NCBI GenBank assembly: GCA_964492735.1
Contig: CAZBLE010000001.1
Location: forward strand, 13,218-77,217
DNA: 64,000 bases
Reading direction: 5' to 3'
Source of the DNA: an uncultured Gammaproteobacteria bacterium
GTDB lineage: Bacteria; Patescibacteriota; Patescibacteriia; UBA9570; XYC2-FULL-38-9
In this document: piece by piece, positions 49,892 to 59,160 of the stretch
Layout: every line of letters begins with the position of its first letter
Numbering within the stretch: the stretch's first letter is position 1
Notes under the pieces: model-generated
What the model was told of the DNA's origin: nothing
What the model saw: the letters and a program-made list of their open reading frames with translations, nothing else
The model's database searches: none
Position numbers and translations under genes: made by a program

Positions 49892-51163
49892 CTATTCTTG
49901 CAATAGATCACTCACAGATGCAGGTAAAGTCTGCGACCAAATCTCTGGATCTTTTGTATAGACCATTGCATCAACACCAAGCTGACTCTTGAATACTGCA
50001 AGTTGTCGCTCCCGGCTCAGATGACGCAAGCCCGGCAATGCGGACAAGCGATCACCATGAATCGAAGCCATGGAACCCAGTCCGAGATCACGAATAATAC
50101 CGGCATATTGTGTGCGTATATTTTTTGCACGATCTGTCATGCCAAGACTCTCAATCACAGATGCAACCAGTGTGACTGTTGACAGTGAAATGATGCCAGC
50201 AAATGGATCAGCCGAATCCTCTTTGCGTTGCCCCTGCATCGCTTGTAACAACTCTGGCGGAACAACTGTTGTGATGTATCCAGTATTTTTGCGGTGTCCA
50301 TCATCTCTCTGCACAATCTCGGTCGCCGCAGAGACAACAACTTCTGCACTTCCAATCCCAAAAGCTCGAAAACGTGAATTCTGTGGCAATACACTTTCAA
50401 CGAGTGCTGACCCTGTCGCATCATAACTCATGAATGGAACAATTCCACCATTCCACATCAACGGTATGTGTGGCATTGCTTTATACAGCTCTATCAAAAT
50501 CGCTGGCGATATTGCAGAAAATGCAATGGACTCTTGAACATCTTGTGTTTCAATATATTTTTGTAACGCACGAACGTGGTCTTGATATTGCGCAGGATTA
50601 GCGCCAAGAGATTTTATTTCAATAATTAAACGATGAGCGTCTTTGTAACGATCAAACTTTTTCAATAACGATTCGAGCGTCAATTGCTGTGGTCGCGCTG
50701 CCTCAATCTGCTCTGGGTCCAATGTATCAATATACGCCTGCCGCGCAAAGAGACCTGAGCCGGACAGAGCTATTGTTGGATCATGTTGTACCCATGGTGT
50801 TCCGGATTTATCAAATCGTACGTCTAATTCTTGTGCCCATCTACCAGCAGCAAAAGCCGTATCGAACGCATGAGCGTCAAAGTGATGTCGATGATCAATT
50901 AAGCCAAATTGCTCTTGAGTTGCGCGTGACCGCTCAACGATATCAAGAGCCGCTTGTATTCTTTCAAACGAGTCGACAATCATGTCTGAAACCTCACCAG
51001 AAAAATACCCAGCTTCGACAATGGCGTCGAGGCGAGACAACGCATCAATCAATTCCGGGCGCTGTTGATATGCTTCAGCTAGTGTTAACAAGTGTGTATC
51101 CTCGGGTGAAACACCAGGAATACGGTCAATGCTCTTTTTTGCTGAAAATGATAGTTCGGTCAT
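49892..51163 (-). CDS. Glycerophosphodiester phosphodiesterase (GDPD)-family protein with an N-terminal extension
   Basis: ...IDHRHHFDAHAFDTAFAAGRWAQELDVRFDKSGTPWVQHDPTI... matches the GDPD HR...E.D(V/I)..T.DG..V..HD block. It is flanked by the dnaJ-3' direct repeats. Confidence 0.55.
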   Translation of the reverse strand: MTELSFSAKKSIDRIPGVSPEDTHLLTLAEAYQQRPELIDALSRLDAIVEAGYFSGEVSDMIVDSFERIQAALDIVERSRATQEQFGLIDHRHHFDAHAFDTAFAAGRWAQELDVRFDKSGTPWVQHDPTIALSGSGLFARQAYIDTLDPEQIEAARPQQLTLESLLKKFDRYKDAHRLIIEIKSLGANPAQYQDHVRALQKYIETQDVQESIAFSAISPAILIELYKAMPHIPLMWNGGIVPFMSYDATGSALVESVLPQNSRFRAFGIGSAEVVVSAATEIVQRDDGHRKNTGYITTVVPPELLQAMQGQRKEDSADPFAGIISLSTVTLVASVIESLGMTDRAKNIRTQYAGIIRDLGLGSMASIHGDRLSALPGLRHLSRERQLAVFKSQLGVDAMVYTKDPEIWSQTLPASVSDLLQE

Positions 51164-51177
51164 CGTATCATTATTCG

Positions 51178-52290
51178 TTATTCCTCCCCTTCAAACTCCT
51201 CCATCTCTTTGAGGAGTTTTTTGAATTTGCGAGATGGGTATTGTGGGACATGAATATTCACTTTCACAAGATGGTCACCACGACCGTGTCCGTGCAACCG
51301 TTGAATGCCTTTTCCACGCAGTCGCAAAATCGTTCCGGCGGTTGTTCCGGCTGGAATTTTTAGATCAACCAATCCGTCCAGTGTTTCAACTTCAATACGA
51401 CCACCGAGGACAGCAGTTGGATATGACACCAACTCTTCCACAACCACATCATCACCTTGGCGTTGAAAATTTTCATGGGACTTCACATGGACCACGACAT
51501 ATAAATCACCGGCTGGTCCACCAAATTGCCCAGCCTCACCTTGGCCGCTCATTCGCATGGTTTGTCCATCTTCAATACCGGCTGGAATATTCAACTCAAG
51601 GGTGGTGTTCTTTTTTTCAATCCCGTTTCCACGACACGTTTTGCACGGTGTCTTCACTGTTTTGCCGCGACCATTACAACTTGAACAGGCAACTTGCGTT
51701 CGAATTTGCCCGAAGACGCTGCGCTGAATCTGGTCAACCACGCCTGAACCTTTACAGGTGTCGCAGGCTTCAATTGGCGTTCCTGGCTCTGCGCCGTTTC
51801 CAGAACAGTGTGAACAGGTCGCCCCTTTATACAGCTCCACTTCTTTTTTGACGCCAAAGGCTGCTTCTTTGAAATCAATCGTCGTGTCCATTTGAATATC
51901 TTGGCCACGCTGCTGCGCGCTCGCACCGCCACGTCTGCGTCCACCGCCAAACAAATCACCAAAAATATCGCCGAGATCAAACTCCACGCCTTGGCCGCCG
52001 AAACCGCCTTGGCCTCCAGCTTGGCGCATAATATCTTCCCAATTCATGCCAGCGCCGCCGCCGAAACCGCCTTGGCCATTCACACCCGCTTCTCCAAATT
52101 GGTCGTAGGCGCTGCGTTTTTGCTTATCTGAAAGGACTTGATACGCCTCATTCACCTCTTTGAATTTCGCTTCATCGCCACCGTCTTTGTCAGGGTGATA
52201 TTTGTGCGCAGCTTTCCGAAACGCCTTTTTAATCTCATCTTCTGAGGCGGTTTTTGAAACTCCTAAAATATTGTAATAATCTTTTGCCAT
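51178..52290 (-). CDS. dnaJ: Molecular chaperone DnaJ
   Basis: J-domain with HPD (KYHPDKD), G/F-rich region and four CxxCxGxG zinc-finger repeats. The last 23 codons make up direct repeat copy B. Confidence 0.9.
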   Translation of the reverse strand: MAKDYYNILGVSKTASEDEIKKAFRKAAHKYHPDKDGGDEAKFKEVNEAYQVLSDKQKRSAYDQFGEAGVNGQGGFGGGAGMNWEDIMRQAGGQGGFGGQGVEFDLGDIFGDLFGGGRRRGGASAQQRGQDIQMDTTIDFKEAAFGVKKEVELYKGATCSHCSGNGAEPGTPIEACDTCKGSGVVDQIQRSVFGQIRTQVACSSCNGRGKTVKTPCKTCRGNGIEKKNTTLELNIPAGIEDGQTMRMSGQGEAGQFGGPAGDLYVVVHVKSHENFQRQGDDVVVEELVSYPTAVLGGRIEVETLDGLVDLKIPAGTTAGTILRLRGKGIQRLHGHGRGDHLVKVNIHVPQYPSRKFKKLLKEMEEFEGEE

Positions 52291-52296
52291 ATCTTC

Positions 52297-52638
52297 TTAT
52301 ACTGTATTAGTTTTTCGCAGTCGTTGCACTATATAAAGAATTCCCCAAACTGGCAATGACCAGATAAATGCGGAAAAAAGAACGAAGGCAGCTAATCCAA
52401 GGACTTGATACACTACTCCTCCAAATCCATAAACACTGGTTAGATATGGATCAACCATAAATGCCCACGCGATTGCTGGGAATGTTATAAACAGCATTGC
52501 TCGAGAAAAAAAAGTTTCACCATTAAATAGATCTTGTCCAAATACATACGACAAAAATAGCACCACGATAAACACCAAGACCCACACGAGATATGTCAGG
52601 ATATATGGATTGACTAGTTTTGTAAGGAAAGATTTCAT
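52297..52638 (-). CDS. Small 3-4-TM membrane protein, paralog 3 of a tandem triplet
   Basis: 113 aa; shares MKxFLxKLVNxYxLTYL...WSLPVWGI motifs with the two upstream genes. Confidence 0.55.
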   Translation of the reverse strand: MKSFLTKLVNPYILTYLVWVLVFIVVLFLSYVFGQDLFNGETFFSRAMLFITFPAIAWAFMVDPYLTSVYGFGGVVYQVLGLAAFVLFSAFIWSLPVWGILYIVQRLRKTNTV

Positions 52639-52647
52639 GAGTGTCTG

Positions 52648-52974
52648 TTATTTATTCTTACTTTTTATTGCATGGATAATTCCCCAAACCGGAAGTGACC
52701 AAACCAATGAACTAAAAACAGTGACGCTCAATGCTTCTTGCGTAAGGTGGACAACGGCAGCATCTTGAAACATACGCTCAATAGCAAATCCGATTACAAA
52801 AAAATATGCGATCGCGGGTATCTCAAAAACCATAAACACCCGATAAATAATATCATTGTCGTATGTTGCTCGTTGTAAGAGCACAATGATAATTGAAAAC
52901 ACAAAGAAAATCAGAAACGTGATGACGTATGGATTTTTGAGCGTCTTGATCATTTTTTGAAAAGTCGTATTCAT
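52648..52974 (-). CDS. Small membrane protein, paralog 2 of the tandem triplet
   Basis: 108 aa; conserved WSLPVWGII block. Confidence 0.55.
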   Translation of the reverse strand: MNTTFQKMIKTLKNPYVITFLIFFVFSIIIVLLQRATYDNDIIYRVFMVFEIPAIAYFFVIGFAIERMFQDAAVVHLTQEALSVTVFSSLVWSLPVWGIIHAIKSKNK

Positions 52975-52983
52975 AGGTGTCTG

Positions 52984-53325
52984 TTATTTTTTATTACTGC
53001 GTTTCCAAGGATTGATTTGCGCAACAAATAACATCCCCCAAATCGGAAGTGACCAAGTAAGTGCTGAAAAAAATGTTGCTAGCACAATACCAATAAGTTG
53101 ATACCACACTGTATTGGAAAACCCTGACATGTATATATCTAATGGCATTGCCAAAAATATTCCGGGCAGCAATATTAACACCAGCGCATTTCCAAATAAA
53201 CTATCTGGGGGCGCATTTTGCCCATCTAATAATTGAGCTAAAAGCACTGCACTCACACACACCAAAAATAATATAAGATACGTTAGCGTATATCGATTGA
53301 CGAGTTTTATAAGGAAAGGTTTCAT
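52984..53325 (-). CDS. Small membrane protein, paralog 1 of the tandem triplet
   Basis: 113 aa; conserved WSLPIWGML block. Confidence 0.55.
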   Translation of the reverse strand: MKPFLIKLVNRYTLTYLILFLVCVSAVLLAQLLDGQNAPPDSLFGNALVLILLPGIFLAMPLDIYMSGFSNTVWYQLIGIVLATFFSALTWSLPIWGMLFVAQINPWKRSNKK

Positions 53326-53356
53326 AGGTGTGTATTATGATTGTTTATTGGCTTGC

Positions 53357-53438
53357 GGGGAAGTAGCTCTCAAAACCCCGTTCGCTTCGCTCTCTGGCAG
53401 CAGAGCTGCTAATTGGTTTTGAGTAGCCACTTTCCCCT
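53357..53438. repeat. Inverted repeat element, copy L; it is itself a long imperfect hairpin
   Basis: GGGGAAGTAGCTCTCAAAACC...GGTTTTGAGTAGCCACTTTCCCC. Its core is about 91% identical to the reverse complement of 54597..54662. Confidence 0.8.
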
Positions 53439-53479
53439 CCGTCTTTACATGTTATTTTTCGCTTTTCGGTAAGTCATGG

Positions 53480-54007
53480 TTATTTTTTTGGCTCAATGCC
53501 TAACTCTAATAAAATACAATCCGCTGAACCTACTTTATTATCCTCCAATTTACATTCAACTTTTTTTATAGAATTGAGTAATTGATTATATTGCACGCCG
53601 TCGATTTTGAGATATTGTGTCTCATCTATTTTAACGGGAACAATCACTTGCCATATTCCAATCATTAAAGCAATTAACGAAATAAAAATAGCGATTAAAG
53701 AGTATTTTTTAGCATCTTGTGCATTTACTCGCGCTAATTTTAATTCATCATATTCAATTAATTTAAAATACCCCTCAAAAGAAATTGCATATCTCCAATC
53801 CAGCATTGGTTTATTCGGATATTGAGTAAGGATTTCCACAACTTCTCGCCTGTCAAATACACTGATTAAATAATTTTCCCATTCTGGAAATTTTTCTAAT
53901 GCTTCTTTTTGTGTAAAACCTGATTTTTGAGACACACAATACCGAAGAAACTGAATCTGAAAATCATTATCGTCGAGGAACTCCTTTGTTCTTTTTCGGT
54001 AGGTCAT
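53480..54007 (-). CDS. Hypothetical cassette protein with a central TM helix
   Basis: 175 aa; about 33% GC; 4-nt overlap with the upstream cassette gene. Confidence 0.5.
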   Translation of the reverse strand: MTYRKRTKEFLDDNDFQIQFLRYCVSQKSGFTQKEALEKFPEWENYLISVFDRREVVEILTQYPNKPMLDWRYAISFEGYFKLIEYDELKLARVNAQDAKKYSLIAIFISLIALMIGIWQVIVPVKIDETQYLKIDGVQYNQLLNSIKKVECKLEDNKVGSADCILLELGIEPKK

Positions 54008-54522
54008 TTTATTTCGGATATTTTTCTTGGAATCTTAATTTTTCCTTTTTGATAAAAATGAAAACTGTACTTATTTAATAATTTCATGGCTTGAAATAAA
54101 TCTTTCGTGTCTCGATTAATTTTTTCTAAAGATGTACTACCTGAGTATTTATCAGCGGTTCCAAATTCAGTATGTGTTTCAGAAAACATAGCCTTTGAAG
54201 CAAGCGTCCAAAACTTTTTATTTACAGTACTATGAACATGATCATTTCGTGTGTTTATAATTTTCTGTAAAGAAGTAATTAATTCATGATTTTTTGGATA
54301 AAACTTTGCAAGATATTTAATTATTTCTTTAGTACTGTGTCCTTGAAGATTGGTTTTTTTATAGTTACGAGCATTTAAATCTTTTATAATCAACTTTTCT
54401 ATTCTAACGTTAATATCATCAGCATGTTCTTTAATACTACTAATAAAAATATTAAAAAACACTTGATAAATAAAATGTGCTTCTAAAAATTCATTTAAAT
54501 TCTGATACTCTTCTTCGTCCAT
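54004..54522 (-). CDS. Hypothetical all-alpha cassette protein; possible HEPN-like Rx4H motif
   Basis: 172 aa. ...INTRNDHVHST... fits the Rx4-6H motif of HEPN domains. Speculative. Confidence 0.45.
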   Translation of the reverse strand: MDEEEYQNLNEFLEAHFIYQVFFNIFISSIKEHADDINVRIEKLIIKDLNARNYKKTNLQGHSTKEIIKYLAKFYPKNHELITSLQKIINTRNDHVHSTVNKKFWTLASKAMFSETHTEFGTADKYSGSTSLEKINRDTKDLFQAMKLLNKYSFHFYQKGKIKIPRKISEIK

Positions 54523-54587
54523 TTAATCGATTATAAGGATATTGACTAAAAATAAAACTAAAAAACTTATATATTTTGTGCGGTGTA

Positions 54588-54670
54588 AGGTGTGGTGTCT
54601 ACTCAAAACCAATTAGCGGCTCTGCCGCCAGCGAGCGAACGCGAGCGGGGTTTTGAGAGACACGCACACC
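54588..54670. repeat. Inverted repeat element, copy R; long hairpin, inverted relative to copy L
   Basis: GGTGTGGTGTCTACTCAAAACC...GGTTTTGAGAGACACGCACACC. Lies 18 nt downstream of the dnaK stop. Confidence 0.8.
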
Positions 54671-54688
54671 TGAAACCATTACACGATG

Positions 54689-56605
54689 TTATTTCTTTTC
54701 TTCGTCTGTCTTCTCTTCAAAATCTGCATCAACAACATCTTCTTTCTTGGCTTCACCTTCAGCTCCGCCTTCTGCTCCAGCAGCTTTTTCTTCTTCCGCT
54801 GCTTTATACAAAATCTCGCCAATCTTTTGCGCTGCTTCAGAGAGCGCTTGAGATGCTGTGTCGATTGCTTCTTTTTCTGACTTGTCGTCTGCAAGCACTT
54901 TCTTCAAGGCTTCCGCTTTTTCCTCAATCGCTTTTTTATCTTCTTCTGGAACTTTGTCGCCAGCATCTTTCACAGCTTTTTCTGTTGAATAGAGCAAGCT
55001 TTCAGCAATGTTGCGCGCTTCGATCAATTCTTTTTTCGCGCGATCTTCATCAGCATGCGCTTCAGCATCTTGTTTCATCTTTTCGATTTCCGCATCTGAC
55101 AAACCGCTGGACGCTTCAATGCGAATAGATTGTTCTTTGCCTGACGCCTTATCAACCGCTTTCACATTCAAGATACCGTTGGCATCAACATCAAAGGTGA
55201 CTTCCACTTGTGGCACGCCACGTGGAGCTGGTGGAATACCGGACAAAATAAATCGTCCGAGTGATTTATTGTCTGCCGCCATTTCACGTTCCCCTTGTGT
55301 GACATGCACTTCAACTTGTGTTTGATTGTCTGCCGCAGTTGAGAAAATTTGTGACTTACTACTTGGAATAGTTGTATTACTTTCAATCAACTTTGTTGCA
55401 ACGCCGCCCAATGTTTCAATTCCGAGGCTGAGAGGGATCACATCCAAAAGCAAAATATCTTTCACATCTTTTTGCAGAACGCCAGCTTGCACAGCAGCAC
55501 CGAGCGCGACCACTTCATCTGGATTCACTGTTGCGTTTGGTTTTTTACCGAAGAACTCTTCCACTTTTGATTGGATTAGTGGCATTCGAGTTTGTCCACC
55601 AACCAAAATAATTTCATTGATCGCTCCCTTATCAACACCTGCAATCTTCAAGGCTTCACGCACTGGTTCGAAGGTGCGAGCAACCAAGTCACTCACCAAT
55701 TCTTCGAGTTTCGCACGAGTCACTTTCATCACCAAATGTTTTGGTCCAGTACTTGGATCGTTGGCGATAAATGGTTCGTTGATTTCTGTGTCAGCTGCTG
55801 ATGACAATTCAATCTTGGCTTTTTCTGCTGCTGATTTCAAGCGTTGCAATGCAAGATTGTCTTGTTTCAAATCAATGCCTTCTTGTTTTTTGAATTCATC
55901 AACAATGTGATTGATTAAGACTTGGTCAAAATCGTCACCACCCAAATGCGTGTCACCATGCGTTGATTTCACTTCAACGGTATCTTCTGATACTTCAAGG
56001 ACAGAAACATCGAATGTGCCGCCACCCAAATCGTATACCAAGATTTTTTCATCTTTCTTTTTATCAAAACCATACGCAAGGGCCGCTGCTGTTGGTTCAT
56101 TGATAATGCGCTTTACATCAAGACCTGCAATTTTTCCGGCATCTTTTGTTGCTTGGCGTTGTGAATCATCAAAATACGCAGGAACAGTAATCACTGCTTC
56201 AGTGATTGTTTCACCGAGCTTTTCTTCTGCATCCGCTTTCAATTTCATCAAAATTTTTGCAGAAATTTCTTGTGGAGTGTATTGCTTTTCTCCCATTTTC
56301 ACCATCACGCGTTCACCGTCTTTGACGATTTCGTATGGCATCAATGACAAATCTTTTTGCACTTCTGCGTCTTCAAACCGGCGACCAATCAAACGCTTCA
56401 CACTAAAGATTGTGTTTTTCGCATTTGTCACGGCTTGGCGTTTTGCACCAACCCCGACTAAAATTTCACCAGTTTTTGTTTCCGCAACAATTGATGGAGT
56501 TGTGCGGTTGCCTTCATTGTTTTCGATCACCTTCGCCGCGCCGCCTTCAAAAATCGCGACACACGAGTTGGTGGTTCCGAGATCGATTCCGAGAATTTTA
56601 CTCAT
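54689..56605 (-). CDS. dnaK: Molecular chaperone DnaK (Hsp70)
   Basis: [34 protein letters not shown] and an EEVD-less acidic C-terminus; 638 aa. Confidence 0.95.
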   Translation of the reverse strand: MSKILGIDLGTTNSCVAIFEGGAAKVIENNEGNRTTPSIVAETKTGEILVGVGAKRQAVTNAKNTIFSVKRLIGRRFEDAEVQKDLSLMPYEIVKDGERVMVKMGEKQYTPQEISAKILMKLKADAEEKLGETITEAVITVPAYFDDSQRQATKDAGKIAGLDVKRIINEPTAAALAYGFDKKKDEKILVYDLGGGTFDVSVLEVSEDTVEVKSTHGDTHLGGDDFDQVLINHIVDEFKKQEGIDLKQDNLALQRLKSAAEKAKIELSSAADTEINEPFIANDPSTGPKHLVMKVTRAKLEELVSDLVARTFEPVREALKIAGVDKGAINEIILVGGQTRMPLIQSKVEEFFGKKPNATVNPDEVVALGAAVQAGVLQKDVKDILLLDVIPLSLGIETLGGVATKLIESNTTIPSSKSQIFSTAADNQTQVEVHVTQGEREMAADNKSLGRFILSGIPPAPRGVPQVEVTFDVDANGILNVKAVDKASGKEQSIRIEASSGLSDAEIEKMKQDAEAHADEDRAKKELIEARNIAESLLYSTEKAVKDAGDKVPEEDKKAIEEKAEALKKVLADDKSEKEAIDTASQALSEAAQKIGEILYKAAEEEKAAGAEGGAEGEAKKEDVVDADFEEKTDEEKK

Positions 56606-56761
56606 ATATATAATTATTATTAGTTATTTATTGAATGTAAGACTTTCAGATTTGAGTGAAGTTCGAGGAAAAAGTGAGGAGCGTACCGAGGCGTAGGCTG
56701 CCTACGTCGAGGGAGCACCGGAGCTTTTGACAAAGAAATTCACCAAATATGGAAGTCGTAA

Positions 56762-57286
56762 TTATTTAACAACTTTGACTCGCGCCACTTGGATGACTTT
56801 CCCGTTGAGAGTAAATCCAGTGGACACTTCTTCTGCGACTGTACCGGATTTCTGCTTTCCGTCGCCGTCCACTTCTTCGACTGCTTCATGCATTGTGGCG
56901 TCAAACGGTTTTCCGACAGCTGCAATCGGCTCTGCTCCATGCGCTTTTAAAATGTTCATGAAGTTTTGCTGAATGTATTCAATGCCCTTCGCCCACGCAT
57001 TGTCGCGATCCTCTGGCGGAATGCCAGCGAGCGCATATTTGAAATGGTCGACCATCGGCAAGAGCTCTTGGAGGAATTGTTCAGTCGCAAACTTGTTAAT
57101 GTGCTGCAGGCGTTGCTGCGTGTCTTTTTGAAGGTTTTGGTAATCGGCTTGTGACCGCTTCCAGCCTTCTAAGTATTCTGCCGCGCGCTCGGCATCAGTT
57201 TTTTCTTCTGGTGTTGCCTCTTCTGTTTCTGGTGTTTCCGGCGGCGCGTGTTCTTGTTCGTCTTGTGGTGTGTCATTTTTTGTCAT
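56762..57286 (-). CDS. grpE: Nucleotide exchange factor GrpE
   Basis: Coiled-coil N-terminus and a conserved C-terminal beta-domain; sits between hrcA and dnaK. Confidence 0.8.
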   Translation of the reverse strand: MTKNDTPQDEQEHAPPETPETEEATPEEKTDAERAAEYLEGWKRSQADYQNLQKDTQQRLQHINKFATEQFLQELLPMVDHFKYALAGIPPEDRDNAWAKGIEYIQQNFMNILKAHGAEPIAAVGKPFDATMHEAVEEVDGDGKQKSGTVAEEVSTGFTLNGKVIQVARVKVVK

Positions 57287-58011
57287 AAGCGTTTTTGTTG
57301 CTGATTCATAAATTGTTCGAGTGCCTGCAGAATGTTGATGTTGCGGTTATAATCCATCCGCATTGGCCCAAGAATGCCGAAGACCGACTGTCTTCCATCT
57401 TGGTCATATTCAGCAACGATCATGGCGCAATGACGTGACACTGGATTTTTATCTCCAATAAACACCTCAATGTCTTTTTCCATTTTCGATCGCGCGGAAT
57501 CCAAGACACTTTCCATGTCATCAAACATATCAGACACTTCCAGCATCATTTCACGACCATCCACAAATTCTGGCTTGCGGAGCATATTGGCGATTCCAGT
57601 ATAATAAAATTCTTCGCCATCAATACTCATCACGACCATCTCGTCAGTGAGTGACGAAATCGCGCGTGCCATTTGTTTCGCGGTTTGCACGGCGCTGTCT
57701 GGGGCGCTGGTTGCTGCTTCAGACAGTTCGTGATGCTGCCGCTTGGTGAGTGATCGTTTGTGCAGAAAATTGGTAATATAATATTGATACCCCATTTCTG
57801 TTGGGATTCGGCCGGCGGATGTATGCGGCTGCTCAATGTAGCCACCTGTTTCCAGCTCTGCCAAATCGTTACGCAATGTCGCTGGTGAGACGCCAAAGTC
57901 ATGGTCATCAAACAGCTGTTTTGAGCTGACCGGTTTTGCGGTTGCGATATATTGCTCGACAACGGCTTGCAAAATCGATTCTAAACGCTCTGTATTGCCT
58001 AATTGGGTCAT
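57283..58011 (-). CDS. hrcA: Heat-inducible transcription repressor HrcA (short form)
   Basis: N-terminal wHTH (...PVSSKQLFDDHDFGVSPATLRNDLAELE...). 4-nt overlap with grpE. CIRCE lies immediately upstream. Confidence 0.8.
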   Translation of the reverse strand: MTQLGNTERLESILQAVVEQYIATAKPVSSKQLFDDHDFGVSPATLRNDLAELETGGYIEQPHTSAGRIPTEMGYQYYITNFLHKRSLTKRQHHELSEAATSAPDSAVQTAKQMARAISSLTDEMVVMSIDGEEFYYTGIANMLRKPEFVDGREMMLEVSDMFDDMESVLDSARSKMEKDIEVFIGDKNPVSRHCAMIVAEYDQDGRQSVFGILGPMRMDYNRNINILQALEQFMNQQQKRL

Positions 58012-58021
58012 ATATTTTGAA

Positions 58022-58048
58022 TTAGCAGTCTCTTGGTGAGAGTGCTAA
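58022..58048. promoter_or_regulatory. CIRCE operator (HrcA binding site)
   Basis: TTAGCAGTC-N9-GAGTGCTAA against the consensus TTAGCACTC-N9-GAGTGCTAA (1 mismatch), 11-37 nt upstream of the hrcA start. Confidence 0.8.
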
Positions 58049-58060
58049 TTCAGTATGCCA

Positions 58061-58089
58061 AAAAACCCTTGAACGTGTCAAGGGTTTTG
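58061..58089 (-). terminator. Rho-independent terminator of the HAD hydrolase gene
   Basis: 11-bp stem AAAACCCTTGA/TCAAGGGTTTT, followed on the minus strand by TTTTTT. Confidence 0.6.
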
Positions 58090-58105
58090 ATTCTATAGAG
58101 TTATT

Positions 58106-59095
58106 CTACATTTTTTGCGTGGTAAACAGATCAACTACTTGGCCCAAACCACTCAATGCGGCATTCACACCTGCGACTTCAACACCTTGAACATGGAAGG
58201 TATGTTGTGTGCGATGCTCGTTATCTGCTGTTAAGCCTTGTGTATATTTTTTTGTAGAATCTCCAGCATTTTCTGGAACAATCACCACAGGAGAGCCTTC
58301 CATTGCTTTATAATCTCCACTCGAGTCACCGAAGTATATTGCCGCTGGCTCAGAGCCGAGCGCTTCTTCAAGCGCAGCGCGTTTTGTTGTGCCTTTTGCA
58401 AACACATCAATGGCCGTTGGAGATGCAACAATATCAAAGACAGCTGGGTCTACGCCTTGATCTTGCATCCATGTTTTTAATTCTGGAATAAAGTCTTGCG
58501 GCACTCTTCCTGGAATTTGCGGCGGGTTTAAAGTGATGTTCGCTTTTTTTTGTTCCACTCCCCATCCTTGAGCAGCAAATGCAGCTTCTAATGACTCTTT
58601 AATTTGCAACATTCCTGCCTTACTGTCTGGTTGCATTGCTCCAACAAATCGTTCATTTCCTTCTTTATCTGTGATCAAACCACCATGATCTGTAATCATC
58701 CAATCAATACTTCCTTCTGGGAAAAACGCTTGAATCACACGCGATGTAAACACATCACCACGACCAGTATTTACGACAATGCCAAAACCACGCGCTTGCA
58801 AATCAGCAATATGCGCTTTAAATGCAGCAACCTCAGCTGCGTGGCTATCAACATACTCTTCTAATGTTGTTGGAAGCGCGGTTTCAAGACCCACTTCAAT
58901 CAGGGTTCCATCAAGATCAAAAATAAGATAGGGCTTTTTGGCATCTTCTCCAGACTCAGGATTGAGAGTTGTTTCAGAAAACAAATCAAACAAATCTTTT
59001 GTAAATCGGCGAAACTCTTGGTTTTCTGTCTCTGGGTTATTTACCACCTCTTGACCTTGTGTAAAAGCACGAGAGCGTTCATGATTGTTTGCCAT
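58106..59095 (-). CDS. HAD-superfamily hydrolase (Cof/SPP-like IIB)
   Basis: Motif I LIFDLDGTL; C-terminal GDSSGD (motif IV GDxxND-like). Confidence 0.6.
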   Translation of the reverse strand: MANNHERSRAFTQGQEVVNNPETENQEFRRFTKDLFDLFSETTLNPESGEDAKKPYLIFDLDGTLIEVGLETALPTTLEEYVDSHAAEVAAFKAHIADLQARGFGIVVNTGRGDVFTSRVIQAFFPEGSIDWMITDHGGLITDKEGNERFVGAMQPDSKAGMLQIKESLEAAFAAQGWGVEQKKANITLNPPQIPGRVPQDFIPELKTWMQDQGVDPAVFDIVASPTAIDVFAKGTTKRAALEEALGSEPAAIYFGDSSGDYKAMEGSPVVIVPENAGDSTKKYTQGLTADNEHRTQHTFHVQGVEVAGVNAALSGLGQVVDLFTTQKM

Positions 59096-59160
59096 AGAAT
59101 CAGTTTATATAATATATTGCTGAAATTATAGCAGTAAATGACGTATGTGTCGAGTGGTAA

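Noticed and set aside
54592-55128. Track ORFs antisense to dnaK (54592..55128 +, 55326..55910 +, 55911..56696 +) and others antisense to ileS, sufS or the bactofilin-like gene
   Set aside because: They lie entirely inside strongly supported genes on the opposite strand and have low-complexity or Cys/Ser-rich translations. They are treated as spurious antisense frames.
56640-56700. GC-rich palindrome between grpE and dnaK (CGAGGCGTAGGC-T-GCCTACGTCGAG)
   Set aside because: Likely an ordinary intercistronic stem-loop or attenuator within the heat-shock operon. Nothing else about it is unusual.
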